64,000 nucleotides of DNA from Chloroflexota bacterium (lineage in GTDB: Bacteria; Chloroflexota; Anaerolineae; Anaerolineales; UBA11579): positions 5,425-69,424 of the forward strand of contig JBDLJU010000001.1 of assembly GCA_039714215.1 (NCBI GenBank). Reading direction: 5' to 3'. Below the pieces are notes generated by a model, which worked only from the letters and a program-made list of their open reading frames with translations, made no database searches and was not told where the DNA came from. The translations under genes and the position numbers were made by a program. Position 1 is the stretch's first letter. Each line of letters begins with the position of its first letter. Shown here piece by piece: positions 9,985-18,367 of the stretch.

Positions 9985-10471
9985 TAAGTTTATTTACTAA
10001 AAGATCGGCGGAATCTAATTTCGCAGCATTGGTTTGCTGAAGTTCTTGCACCCGTCCTTTAATTACAGTGTCGCCGAGACCTAAGATCTTTGCGGCCGCC
10101 AGGGCTGCGTTTGCTGGATCGAGTACCAGCATCGGGCAAACCCCAGAAGGCATCCGCAGGGATGAAAAGATGTCGGCTCCGCCAAATGCATCACTGGGGG
10201 GCGGGCATGCAATTACCGGCCAGCTAACATTGGCATCCACCATTCCGCTGAGAGCATTGCTCCGTCCTGCTACGGTGATGAGCACCAGCCATTCCAAACT
10301 ATTTTGATATTCCTGGATGATTTTTAGTAATTTCCCCGGGGTTTTATGGGCTGAGGCTACCCGAACTTCAGTACGAATTTCAAATTGGTTAAGCTGTGCG
10401 ATAATAAGATCCACATGGGATTGATCTGAGGGAGAACCCATCAAGATCACCACCTTTGAATTGCTATCCAT
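9977..10471 (-). CDS. purE: Class II PurE (AIR carboxylase type)
   Basis: 164 aa with VILMGSPSD and SAHKTP. The diagnostic loop reads VAGRSNALSG (nt 10256-10270 encode AGRSN), not the class I AGGAAHLPG. It also has PVIACPP and SSLRMPSG, as in the AIRC domain of animal PAICS. Confidence 0.88.
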   Translation of the reverse strand: MDSNSKVVILMGSPSDQSHVDLIIAQLNQFEIRTEVRVASAHKTPGKLLKIIQEYQNSLEWLVLITVAGRSNALSGMVDANVSWPVIACPPPSDAFGGADIFSSLRMPSGVCPMLVLDPANAALAAAKILGLGDTVIKGRVQELQQTNAAKLDSADLLVNKLNG

Positions 10472-10481
10472 AATAATTCCT

Positions 10482-11438
10482 TTAATCTAAATAGTTACTC
10501 TTCTTTAAATTGGCAGTCAACCTTGGCGAAACTGGGGTTTCTCCTGGAAAGAAACCTTGTCCAGTCAATTTTTCATATAGGTCAATGTAACGATCCGAAA
10601 CCTGATTCCAAAGACCCTTTGGCATCTCTGGGGGTTCTCCTTCACCGCGATAATCGAGTTTAGCATATTCGAGCCGTAAAAATTCCTTATCATAATTTTC
10701 AGGTTCATCAGCGGCTCCGAATCTCTCCTGGTAGCTGTTTGCCAGCCAGAAACGGGAGGAATCCGGTGTGTGGATTTCATCGATCAGCACGATGCTGCCA
10801 TCAGGCAGCTTACCAAATTCATACTTGGTATCCACCAGGATCAATCCGGCCTGTAGAGCAACCTGCTGCCCATACTTAAACAATGCAAGCGCGGCCTTTT
10901 GTACCTGATCCCAGAGATGAGCATCAAGGTGTCCCTCTGTGACGACTTGATCAACAGTTAAGCGTTCATCATGCCCGCTGGGGCCGCCTTTTGTAGTAGG
11001 TGTAATCAAAGGGGAGGGGAGTTCCTGATTTTTTTTCAACCCTTCAGGAAGCTGATGTCCGTAAATATTCCTTTCGCCTAAATTATATCGATACCACAAA
11101 GCGGTTTTGGTCACCCCAGTGATATAGCCTCGAATGATTACTTCAATGGTCAGCGGATCGGCTTGTTTTACCACCATGGCGTTCTCATCTGGCAGATCAA
11201 GCATATGATTTGGGATGATCGACCTGGTTTGTTCCATCCACCAGGCAGTCAGCTGATTGAGAACCTGTCCTTTGTAAGGTACCGTTCCCAAAACTCGATC
11301 GAAAGCCGAAATCCGATCGGTTGTGACCAACAGTAAGCGGTCCTTGGTTATTCGGTAAATATCCCGGACTTTGCCAGAACTGATTGCCTCTAGTGATAGT
11401 GATGAACTGCTGAAATTGCTGCGGTTTGTTTCTGCCAT
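10482..11438 (-). CDS. purC: SAICAR synthetase (long form)
   Basis: 318 aa with SGKVRDIY, TDRISAFD and LVDTKYEFG motifs. Confidence 0.92.
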   Translation of the reverse strand: MAETNRSNFSSSSLSLEAISSGKVRDIYRITKDRLLLVTTDRISAFDRVLGTVPYKGQVLNQLTAWWMEQTRSIIPNHMLDLPDENAMVVKQADPLTIEVIIRGYITGVTKTALWYRYNLGERNIYGHQLPEGLKKNQELPSPLITPTTKGGPSGHDERLTVDQVVTEGHLDAHLWDQVQKAALALFKYGQQVALQAGLILVDTKYEFGKLPDGSIVLIDEIHTPDSSRFWLANSYQERFGAADEPENYDKEFLRLEYAKLDYRGEGEPPEMPKGLWNQVSDRYIDLYEKLTGQGFFPGETPVSPRLTANLKKSNYLD

Positions 11439-11455
11439 TTGTTCCTCTGTAATCC

Positions 11456-12217
11456 TTAAATCATTGCCAGGCCATTTTTGAATAAAGAAAGACCTAAATA
11501 TTTTCCTTTCTCATTTTTGTTCCTCGTCCAAGAGGGATTTTGATAAAACATAATATGGTCTTCTGGATGGGGCATCAACCCGAGTATATTCCCAGCTGGA
11601 TTGGTGATCCCTGCAATCCCGCTGGGAGATCCATTCGGATTCTCTGGATAAACCATATCTGCGCTGGATCCGTCCGAATATGAGTATTTTAATGCAATTT
11701 GTGAGTCAGATAGCGTCAGATTATCTTCTAACAAAAACCGACCTTCTCCATGAGCCACCGGGCAAACTATTCGCTCAATTCCTTTCAACCAACCAGATGG
11801 GTTGTTCTGGTTGAGTGTGAGCGTCACCCAGCGACATTCAAATTTTGCAGATTGATTATACGTCAATGTAGCTCGGTGACCGTTCCCTGGAAGCAAATCT
11901 GCTTTGACCAGTGCCTGGAAACCATTACAAATCCCAACTACTGGCCTACCAGACTCTACAAACTGTTTGACAACTTCAGAAAACCGGGTCTGCAGTTCGA
12001 TTGCCCAAAGCTGGCCAGCACCGAGTGCATCACCGTAAGAAAATCCACCCGGCAGAGCAAGCAGTCCAAAATCATCCCCCAGGCGATCAAGCTTCGCTAA
12101 TTCAGATAAGGGGATTATCTCGGGTTTTCCGCCAGCCAGTTGAAAGGCAGCCGCCAAATCGCCATCCCGATTCGTACCAGGAGCATGAAGAATTAACACA
12201 CGCTTTTCAGCTGCCAT
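11456..12217 (-). CDS. purQ: FGAM synthase glutaminase subunit
   Basis: Class I GATase with GGFSYGD, catalytic Cys in GICNGFQ and MPHPED. I place the start at ATG 12217 (MAAEKRVLILHAPG), not the ORF-track start at 12265. It overlaps the purL stop by 11 nt. Confidence 0.9.
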   Translation of the reverse strand: MAAEKRVLILHAPGTNRDGDLAAAFQLAGGKPEIIPLSELAKLDRLGDDFGLLALPGGFSYGDALGAGQLWAIELQTRFSEVVKQFVESGRPVVGICNGFQALVKADLLPGNGHRATLTYNQSAKFECRWVTLTLNQNNPSGWLKGIERIVCPVAHGEGRFLLEDNLTLSDSQIALKYSYSDGSSADMVYPENPNGSPSGIAGITNPAGNILGLMPHPEDHIMFYQNPSWTRNKNEKGKYLGLSLFKNGLAMI

Positions 12218-15143
12218 GTGAAGGGTCCTTTCCCGAACCGGTGAATGCCTGCAGGAGTTGATCAATTTCTAACTGTATTAGCGAATCAGAATCGTTTACG
12301 ATCTCGAGGATTTTGTCATCGGAAACCAGTCCAATCAATCGGCAGGGCAGGGGGGTAAATAATTCTTCAAAAACGTTTTTGTTCTCCGAAGAAACCGTTA
12401 CAAGCAAACATCCGTTGGTTTCTGCAAAACATGTCTGAATGCTAGATAGATCCACATTATTGAGGTTAACCCGGGCCCCTCTCCGCCCTGCGAGACACAT
12501 CTCAGCAAGGGAAACTGCCAAACCGCCTTCGCTAAGATCATGTGCTGCGGTAACCAGGCCTTTAGCTATTGTTTTATAAAGGCAACGATAAACCTGTATG
12601 TTTTCTTCAGATAAATCGGGGGGTCTATATTTTTGGGTAAACTTCCCTTCAACAGCAATATCGATCCTAGCCAGGTGGCTGCCAACGAATGTCGGTCTCC
12701 AATCCCCAATCAAATAAATCAGATGACCAGCTTGCTTCACATCCATCGTAATTGTTTTTCGAATGTCTGGAACAATGCTGATGCTCGAAATTAACAAGGT
12801 TCCAGGAATGGCGTGATGCTTTCCATCCTGACCGATGTATTCATTATTTAGTGAATCTTTTCCTGAAATAAATGGCGTGCGATAAAGCAGAGCAGCATCA
12901 CGACAGCCGCGGGCTGCCTCCACCAGCGAGCCGAGAATTTCAGGTCGATTGGGATTTCCCCAGCAGAAATTATCTAAAAGGGCAATCCGATCTGGGTCAG
13001 CTCCAACAGCTACCAGATTACGAACGGCCTCGTCAACCACGCTGAGCGCCATGTAATAGGGGTCAGACTCGCCGATGAGTGGATTGATCCCATTGGCCAC
13101 TGCAAAACCCCGCCAACCAGCAGTATTTAGAGGCTTAATCACCGCTGCATCACTGGGACCATCCTGTTTTTCCCCTGAAAATGGCTTGACCACTGTCGAG
13201 CCGCGTACCTCGTGGTCGTACTGTCGAATTACTTTTTCTTTGGAAGCGATATTCGGATGTGACAGTAATTTTATAAGAAGCTCTGAATAATTGACTTGCT
13301 GCGGAGAAATATTTAGAGATGCGGGTAAGTAATTTTCATCTCTAAATATGGCACTCGCTTCCAATTTTTTATCTGGAATTCCATTATGCAGGAATCCATT
13401 TCTCAACTCAACCACGGGGGTACCTGCGATGGCGACCTTGAGTGAGCCGCTCTCCTCAAAGCTACCGATATCACTGAGCTCAATCCAATACCGGCTGCAA
13501 ATTTCTTCCAGCTCATGAACCTTGTCTGCGGGGACCGCAAGCACCATTCGTTCTTGAGCTTCGCTTAACCAGATTTCCCAGGGCGCCAGGTTTTGATACT
13601 TAAGGGTAACATTCTCAAGATCCACATTTGCGCCCAACTTGCTGCTCATCTCTCCCACAGCGCTGGAGAGACCCCCGGCGCCGCAGTCCGTGATCGCATT
13701 GTAGAGCTTGTCATCCCGGGCAAGTTCAACCACTTCGATTAAACCCTTCTCGGTAATCGGGTCGCCAATTTGAACGGAAGCACCAGCCACTTCGCCGGTT
13801 TGAGCATCCATGGTGAGGCTGCTGAATGTCGCACCCCGAATACCATCCCTCCCTGTGCGTCCTCCGATCACAATGATCCGATCACCGGGTTGGGGAGAGG
13901 TCGGATGGGAATCAACCGGACCGATCCCTATACTCCCGCAGTAGACCAGGGGGTTAGCTGTATACCCAGGATGGTAATAGATTGCCCCATTGATCGTCGG
14001 AATCCCCAATTTGTTGCCATAGTCACCAACACCAGAGACCACCCCTGCCTGGATCCGCTTGGGATGGAGCACATTCTCTGGCAGGTCTCCCTCACCGCTC
14101 TCCTGGGGACCAAAACAAAGCACGTCCGTGTTTGCGATCGGCCGGTGAGAAACACCGAGCACATCACGCACGACACCACCGACACCGGTGTTTGCCCCAC
14201 CAAAAGGCTCGATCGCAGATGGGTGGTTATGGGTCTCTACTTTGAAGGAGAGGTCAAACTGATCATCAAAAGCAATCACTCCAGCGTTGTCCACAAAAGC
14301 TGAACGCACCCAGGAAGCATCAATTTCCTCGGTAACTGAGCGCAGATATCGGTTTAAAATGCCGTCAATGATTACTCCTGAATCGAGCTTTATCTCAGCT
14401 TTAAAGGTCTTGTGTACGCAGTGCTCCGACCAGGTTTGGGCCAAAGTTTCAAGTTCAGCATCAGTTGGATCCCGTTCAATCCCAATGAAATAATCTCGGA
14501 TGGCGATCATTTCTGTGAGATCGAGAGCCAATCGTCGTTCCTCAGATATCTTTAGTAATCTGGTTTCGTTCGCTGTAAGCAGGGAGATTGTTTCAATCAC
14601 AGGAAGCTCATTACTCGTAGTGTTGATGAACTCCGGATATATTTTTTGGTACGAAAAACGTTGAATTGTGCTGTTTACCAACAATTTTGAGGCAATTTGC
14701 TCAATTTCTAGCGGATTCATCACCGGATCGAACTGATACCGCATTCCAGTTGCTGCACCAAGAATATTTGAAATGCCCATGCGCCGGGCTGCTTCTAATA
14801 GCTCCTGGGCAGTGTTGTCAGTCACACCAGGACGGAAAGCGACTTCAACAGAATTTTCATTGTTTGAGGGATTGTTATTTTTTACAACCCTGTGTTTGAC
14901 CTGCTCTATGGCGTAGCTTTCAGTCACAGGGTCGATAATAAGCTTCTCTGTTAGTCTTTTCACCGTCGGAAGATCCAAATCTCCTTTAAGGAAATAGATA
15001 TTTTGAATTTCTGGGAGCTGGTATCCCCCAATCCCGATCACTTCGAGTTGGGTCTGGAGCTGGCGTTCCCGCTGTCTGAGGTTCGACGAAATCTCGATTC
15101 GAAAAACCTTTCTTGAATCCTCGCAATGATGTCTAGACAACAT
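12207..15143 (-). CDS. purL: FGAM synthase II (PurL) with an N-terminal tandem PurS-like domain
   Basis: 978 aa. Residues ~240-978 are small-type PurL (ETHNHPSAIEPFGGANTGVGG). Residues 1 to ~235 contain two PurS-like repeats (RLTEKLIIDPVTESYAIEQV and IASKLLVNSTIQRFSY). No glutaminase domain is fused. Confidence 0.92.
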   Translation of the reverse strand: MLSRHHCEDSRKVFRIEISSNLRQRERQLQTQLEVIGIGGYQLPEIQNIYFLKGDLDLPTVKRLTEKLIIDPVTESYAIEQVKHRVVKNNNPSNNENSVEVAFRPGVTDNTAQELLEAARRMGISNILGAATGMRYQFDPVMNPLEIEQIASKLLVNSTIQRFSYQKIYPEFINTTSNELPVIETISLLTANETRLLKISEERRLALDLTEMIAIRDYFIGIERDPTDAELETLAQTWSEHCVHKTFKAEIKLDSGVIIDGILNRYLRSVTEEIDASWVRSAFVDNAGVIAFDDQFDLSFKVETHNHPSAIEPFGGANTGVGGVVRDVLGVSHRPIANTDVLCFGPQESGEGDLPENVLHPKRIQAGVVSGVGDYGNKLGIPTINGAIYYHPGYTANPLVYCGSIGIGPVDSHPTSPQPGDRIIVIGGRTGRDGIRGATFSSLTMDAQTGEVAGASVQIGDPITEKGLIEVVELARDDKLYNAITDCGAGGLSSAVGEMSSKLGANVDLENVTLKYQNLAPWEIWLSEAQERMVLAVPADKVHELEEICSRYWIELSDIGSFEESGSLKVAIAGTPVVELRNGFLHNGIPDKKLEASAIFRDENYLPASLNISPQQVNYSELLIKLLSHPNIASKEKVIRQYDHEVRGSTVVKPFSGEKQDGPSDAAVIKPLNTAGWRGFAVANGINPLIGESDPYYMALSVVDEAVRNLVAVGADPDRIALLDNFCWGNPNRPEILGSLVEAARGCRDAALLYRTPFISGKDSLNNEYIGQDGKHHAIPGTLLISSISIVPDIRKTITMDVKQAGHLIYLIGDWRPTFVGSHLARIDIAVEGKFTQKYRPPDLSEENIQVYRCLYKTIAKGLVTAAHDLSEGGLAVSLAEMCLAGRRGARVNLNNVDLSSIQTCFAETNGCLLVTVSSENKNVFEELFTPLPCRLIGLVSDDKILEIVNDSDSLIQLEIDQLLQAFTGSGKDPSHGS

Positions 15144-15150
15144 AGATGAG

Positions 15151-15180
15151 ATTATATATCTAAATGAAAGTTAATGCCAG
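15151..15180 (-). promoter_or_regulatory. Candidate sigma-70-type promoter of the pur operon, positioned for a leaderless transcript
   Basis: On the minus strand, TATAAT (15156-15151) is followed by 7 nt (ctcatct) and then the purL ATG (15143). No SD is present. A weak -35 CTGGCA lies at 15180-15175 with an 18-nt spacer. Confidence 0.5.
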
Positions 15181-15217
15181 CACATGGTTAAGATATTTTT
15201 CACAAAATCGACTTGAA

Positions 15218-15239
15218 ATTTATTAAGCATATTTATTAA
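15218..15239. repeat. 9-bp direct repeat ATTTATTAA x2 (13-bp period) in the purL / LTD-gene divergent region
   Basis: Copies at 15218-15226 and 15231-15239 are identical. The repeat is AT-rich, so chance is not excluded. Confidence 0.3.
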
Positions 15240-15401
15240 TTCGATGCTAGGATATCAATTCGAGGAGGTTCTATCAAAACTATGACAAATAGATTGCTTC
15301 CGAGTTCAGAAATAAATAGTTGCTCCACATTTTAAGTTAACAAAAACTTCACGTTTTTGTTATTTTTTTATTCACTACCCGATCAAGGAGGATTAAGAAA
15401 C

Positions 15402-17627
15402 ATGTTTTCTAGCAAAAAGATTATCCGAATATTACTAATTTCTTTACTCCTAATGATGCTATTTTCCAGCACTGCTTCAGCCGCAAAAAAAGTCTCGATT
15501 AAAAACCCAAGCGAAGGTGCTGAGGTCAGCGGCCTTGTAACCATTTCTGGTACCGGTTCTGGGGCAGATACCGAGGTCTCTATTGACGGCGGTGCCTGGC
15601 AGGCCACCAGTGGCGGAAAAGACTGGAGCTATGATTGGGACACCACTCTCGAAACGGATGAATCCCACACGATCACTGTGCAATATACAGATGGCTCTAG
15701 TTCCGACAGCATCACTGTTGCGGTCAACAACGGCGGAAGCAGCGGTCCACGAGCTCCGGTTGTCGGCGAGGTGTTAATCAACGAATTTGTCGCAGCCGCT
15801 GGTTCCGTCGAAACCAGTGAATGGATTGAGATTTTCAACACCACCAGCGAGAGCTTGACCATCGGGGGAATGTTTATTGATGATATTGATGCTGGTGGTG
15901 GGGTACCGAAGGAGATCCCTGCCGATACCGTCATTGAAGCCAACAGCTATTACGTGATGAGCTTCGACCTGTTCTTCAACAATACCGGGGACGATGCCCG
16001 TTTATTGGGTACCGACAGCAGCACAGTTTTCGATGCGTATACCTATTCATCCGCAACCAGCGACATGAGCTGGTGCCGCAAGCCGGATGGTGACGACTGG
16101 GCAGTCATCGAATGCAGTCCAACACAGGGAACCACCAACGATCCACCGCTTCCTCCTGGAACATGGACCCCAGGCACCCTCGAAATTCATGTGCTAAACG
16201 TAGGGCAGGGCGAATCACAACTGATCATCAGCCCAACTGGGGAAACTCTTCTGATTGACGTTTTCGAAGCCAGCTGGAACACCAACGCAGGTGCTACCTG
16301 GGTGGCCAGCGAAATCCGCAGGATCACAGGCAGCAGCCATGTCGATTACATCATGGCAAGCCACTGGCATCTTGACCATATGGGATATGCTGGCTATGGT
16401 GGGATCTGGTCCTTGCTGGAAGAGCAGGGGATTACCACAGATGCAATCATCGATCGAGATGGCGGGGTATGGGATGATGCCAACCAGGACAATATTTGTG
16501 ATCCAGACCTTGAAATTGTCTGGCACAACGCCGGAACCACCTCAGGAACCGGACGAAATTGGGCCTGCTGGGTCACCGATCCTAACACCCTTGGAGGACA
16601 GGTGCGGGAATTAGCCCAACTTGGCTCTTCCACACAGATTGATCTCGGCATCGCCAATGGGGTCACCGTAAAGATCGTGCAGGTTGATGCAGATGGCGTG
16701 ATGATGGCAGACGGGATTACCCCGGTGCAAGGCGACCACACCGCTGATAGTCTGCCCCCATCAGAAAATGATTACTCAATCACCGTGTGGATCAACTGGG
16801 GCAAATTTGACTTTGTTTCTGGTGGAGACACAGACGGCGAGTACGCAACCAGTTCCTACGGCTATGTTTACAACGATGTTGAAAGTGTTGTAGCCGGTTT
16901 GATTGACCAGGAAGTTGAAGCGATATGGGTAAATCATCATGGTTCTGAGCACTCAACCAATCAGACTTATGTGGACACGCTTGATCCCAGCGTAGCAATA
17001 TACGGGGTCGGCAGCACCAATTCGTATGGCCATCCCGACCAGGCCGTGATTGATCGTTTGTACAACAACGGGACCAAGCAGTACTTCACCCAGATCGGTG
17101 ACCCGGATCGCGATTATTATGACTCGGTGATCGTTGATGGCAATGTGGTCATCCAGGTAACTGACAGCATTAACTATACGGTTGATGGGGATGCATATGA
17201 AGCCACCGACCCAAGTACCGGTCCTGCTGATCCGCGTACACCGGAAATTGGTGAAGTTGTCCTGAATGAATTCCTCGCTGCGCCGCAAACCTTGTTCTCT
17301 GTCGAGTGGATTGAGCTTTTTAACACTACCGGAGATCGCCTCGACATCGGCGGTATGTGGCTGGATGATTTGATCGGCGCTGGCAGTTCACCTCAGCAAA
17401 TACCAGCAGGAACAATCCTTGAACCTGGCAGCTATTACGTTTACGAGCTCTCCAGCTATCTGAATAATACCGGTGACGATGTTCACCTATTAGGTACAGA
17501 CGGCACGACAGTGCACGACAGCTATACATACAGTTCATCGAGCTATGACCTCTCCATCTGCCGAACCCCAGACGGCGGGGCCTGGACGATAGATTGTATC
17601 GCCACGAAAGGATTCACGAACAATTAA
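15402..17627 (+). CDS. Secreted multidomain protein: signal peptide, Ig-like domain, lamin-tail domain (LTD), ComEC-type metallo-beta-lactamase domain, second LTD
   Basis: Start taken at ATG 15402 (AAGGAGG at 15384-15390), not the TTG at 15357. Signal peptide MFSSKKIIRILLISLLLMMLFSSTASA. LTD-like segments are VLINEFVAA..EWIEIFNTT..MFIDD and VVLNEFLAA..EWIELFNTT..MWLDD. The MBL motif is HVLNVGQGES with HWHLDH at 16362-16379. Confidence 0.8.
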   Translation: MFSSKKIIRILLISLLLMMLFSSTASAAKKVSIKNPSEGAEVSGLVTISGTGSGADTEVSIDGGAWQATSGGKDWSYDWDTTLETDESHTITVQYTDGSSSDSITVAVNNGGSSGPRAPVVGEVLINEFVAAAGSVETSEWIEIFNTTSESLTIGGMFIDDIDAGGGVPKEIPADTVIEANSYYVMSFDLFFNNTGDDARLLGTDSSTVFDAYTYSSATSDMSWCRKPDGDDWAVIECSPTQGTTNDPPLPPGTWTPGTLEIHVLNVGQGESQLIISPTGETLLIDVFEASWNTNAGATWVASEIRRITGSSHVDYIMASHWHLDHMGYAGYGGIWSLLEEQGITTDAIIDRDGGVWDDANQDNICDPDLEIVWHNAGTTSGTGRNWACWVTDPNTLGGQVRELAQLGSSTQIDLGIANGVTVKIVQVDADGVMMADGITPVQGDHTADSLPPSENDYSITVWINWGKFDFVSGGDTDGEYATSSYGYVYNDVESVVAGLIDQEVEAIWVNHHGSEHSTNQTYVDTLDPSVAIYGVGSTNSYGHPDQAVIDRLYNNGTKQYFTQIGDPDRDYYDSVIVDGNVVIQVTDSINYTVDGDAYEATDPSTGPADPRTPEIGEVVLNEFLAAPQTLFSVEWIELFNTTGDRLDIGGMWLDDLIGAGSSPQQIPAGTILEPGSYYVYELSSYLNNTGDDVHLLGTDGTTVHDSYTYSSSSYDLSICRTPDGGAWTIDCIATKGFTNN

Positions 17628-17637
17628 CAACAAAATT

Positions 17638-17668
17638 CCAGGGAGGAGGGATCATCTCTCCTCCCTGG
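17638..17668 (+). other. Very stable GC-rich hairpin immediately after the LTD-MBL gene
   Basis: CCAGGGAGGAGGGA / TCTCTCCTCCCTGG forms 11 perfect bp, then G.U, then 2 bp, with a 3-nt loop. No U-tract follows. It ends at the ATG at 17669. Confidence 0.6.
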
Positions 17669-18367
17669 ATGATAGGAAATAACACCTTGCTAACATCCGA
17701 ATTTATGCAATTTTACCTCTCCGGGAATTCCAAATTCTGTGGAGCCAAAGATCCCTTTCAGGATATATTTTCAATTAATGATATTGAAATTCAGCTCCAT
17801 GCGCTGAGCTTGAGCGCAATCATAGATATTTTTTCAAAGACCTCAAAATTACCAAATATGATCAACGCCCAAGATCATTGGCTGCTGTGTTCCACGGAAG
17901 TGGCCTATAAACAATCGAAGGAAGTTGGGTCAGCAATTAACCAGCTGGGGATTGGTGGACCAAAACACAATGCTCGGGTATGGTGGCAAGTTTGCCGGGG
18001 AATTCAAGGGCGTTTTAAAGGTTCAATCACCGCACTCATTGAAGAGAATCAATTCGATGCAAATAAAATTTATGAATATCTGCAATCCAGCAAAACAACA
18101 TTCCCTGTGCTCTCTGGGCCGGTGGTTTCCATCCGTTGGATTGATATGGTCTCCCGGAGCTCCCAAAATCCACTGAAAAACTGGGAAAGCCTCAGGATGC
18201 CGCAGCCTGGCTCCCTCGTCCAGGCTGCCAAGGACCTGGGAATATACGCTAAAGAACTCCATCCTGCAGTCGTTTCTGCCCTGGAATTATGGAATGAGCA
18301 CTGCCAGGCCGGGAAATTTTCCACATGTGAATGGGATGGTTGTCCGAAGAAACAAACAGACAAATGA
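17669..18367 (+). CDS. Hypothetical protein (no family recognised)
   Basis: Long open frame (ORF-track 17594-18367, TTG start). ATGs lie at 17669 and 17705, neither with a clear SD, so the start is uncertain. The C-terminus has a Cys cluster (HCQAGKFSTCEWDGCP). Confidence 0.5.
   Translation: MIGNNTLLTSEFMQFYLSGNSKFCGAKDPFQDIFSINDIEIQLHALSLSAIIDIFSKTSKLPNMINAQDHWLLCSTEVAYKQSKEVGSAINQLGIGGPKHNARVWWQVCRGIQGRFKGSITALIEENQFDANKIYEYLQSSKTTFPVLSGPVVSIRWIDMVSRSSQNPLKNWESLRMPQPGSLVQAAKDLGIYAKELHPAVVSALELWNEHCQAGKFSTCEWDGCPKKQTDK

Noticed and set aside
13770-14303. Long antisense ORFs inside well-supported genes: 13770-14303 in purL, 25037-25513 in the acyl-CoA synthetase, 28641-29093 in the TPR membrane protein, 31712-32194 in rel, 34158-34761 in glgC, 39651-40076 in ligA, 44005-44400 in proS and 45477-45902 in the TPR giant
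   Set aside because: These are shadow frames opposite strongly recognisable proteins. Their translations are low-complexity or Ser/Arg/Pro-rich with no motifs and no SDs.
15144-15401. Purine (RF00167-type) or ZTP riboswitch upstream of the pur operon
   Set aside because: I looked for the conserved purine-riboswitch junction and the ZTP GGGUCGUGAC...CCGCCUGGGCA-type cores on the minus strand and found neither. The TATAAT box lies only 7 nt from the ATG, which leaves no room for a leader.
15357-15401. N-terminal extensions implied by the ORF track (15357, 12265, 26444, 27016, 29670, 41954, 53570, 55915, 61252)
   Set aside because: Most use TTG or other non-ATG codons, or add residues that overlap upstream genes, terminators or promoters. 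Downstream ATGs with SDs or conserved N-termini fit better, so I trimmed the starts in the feature table. 61252 remains a possible alternative.
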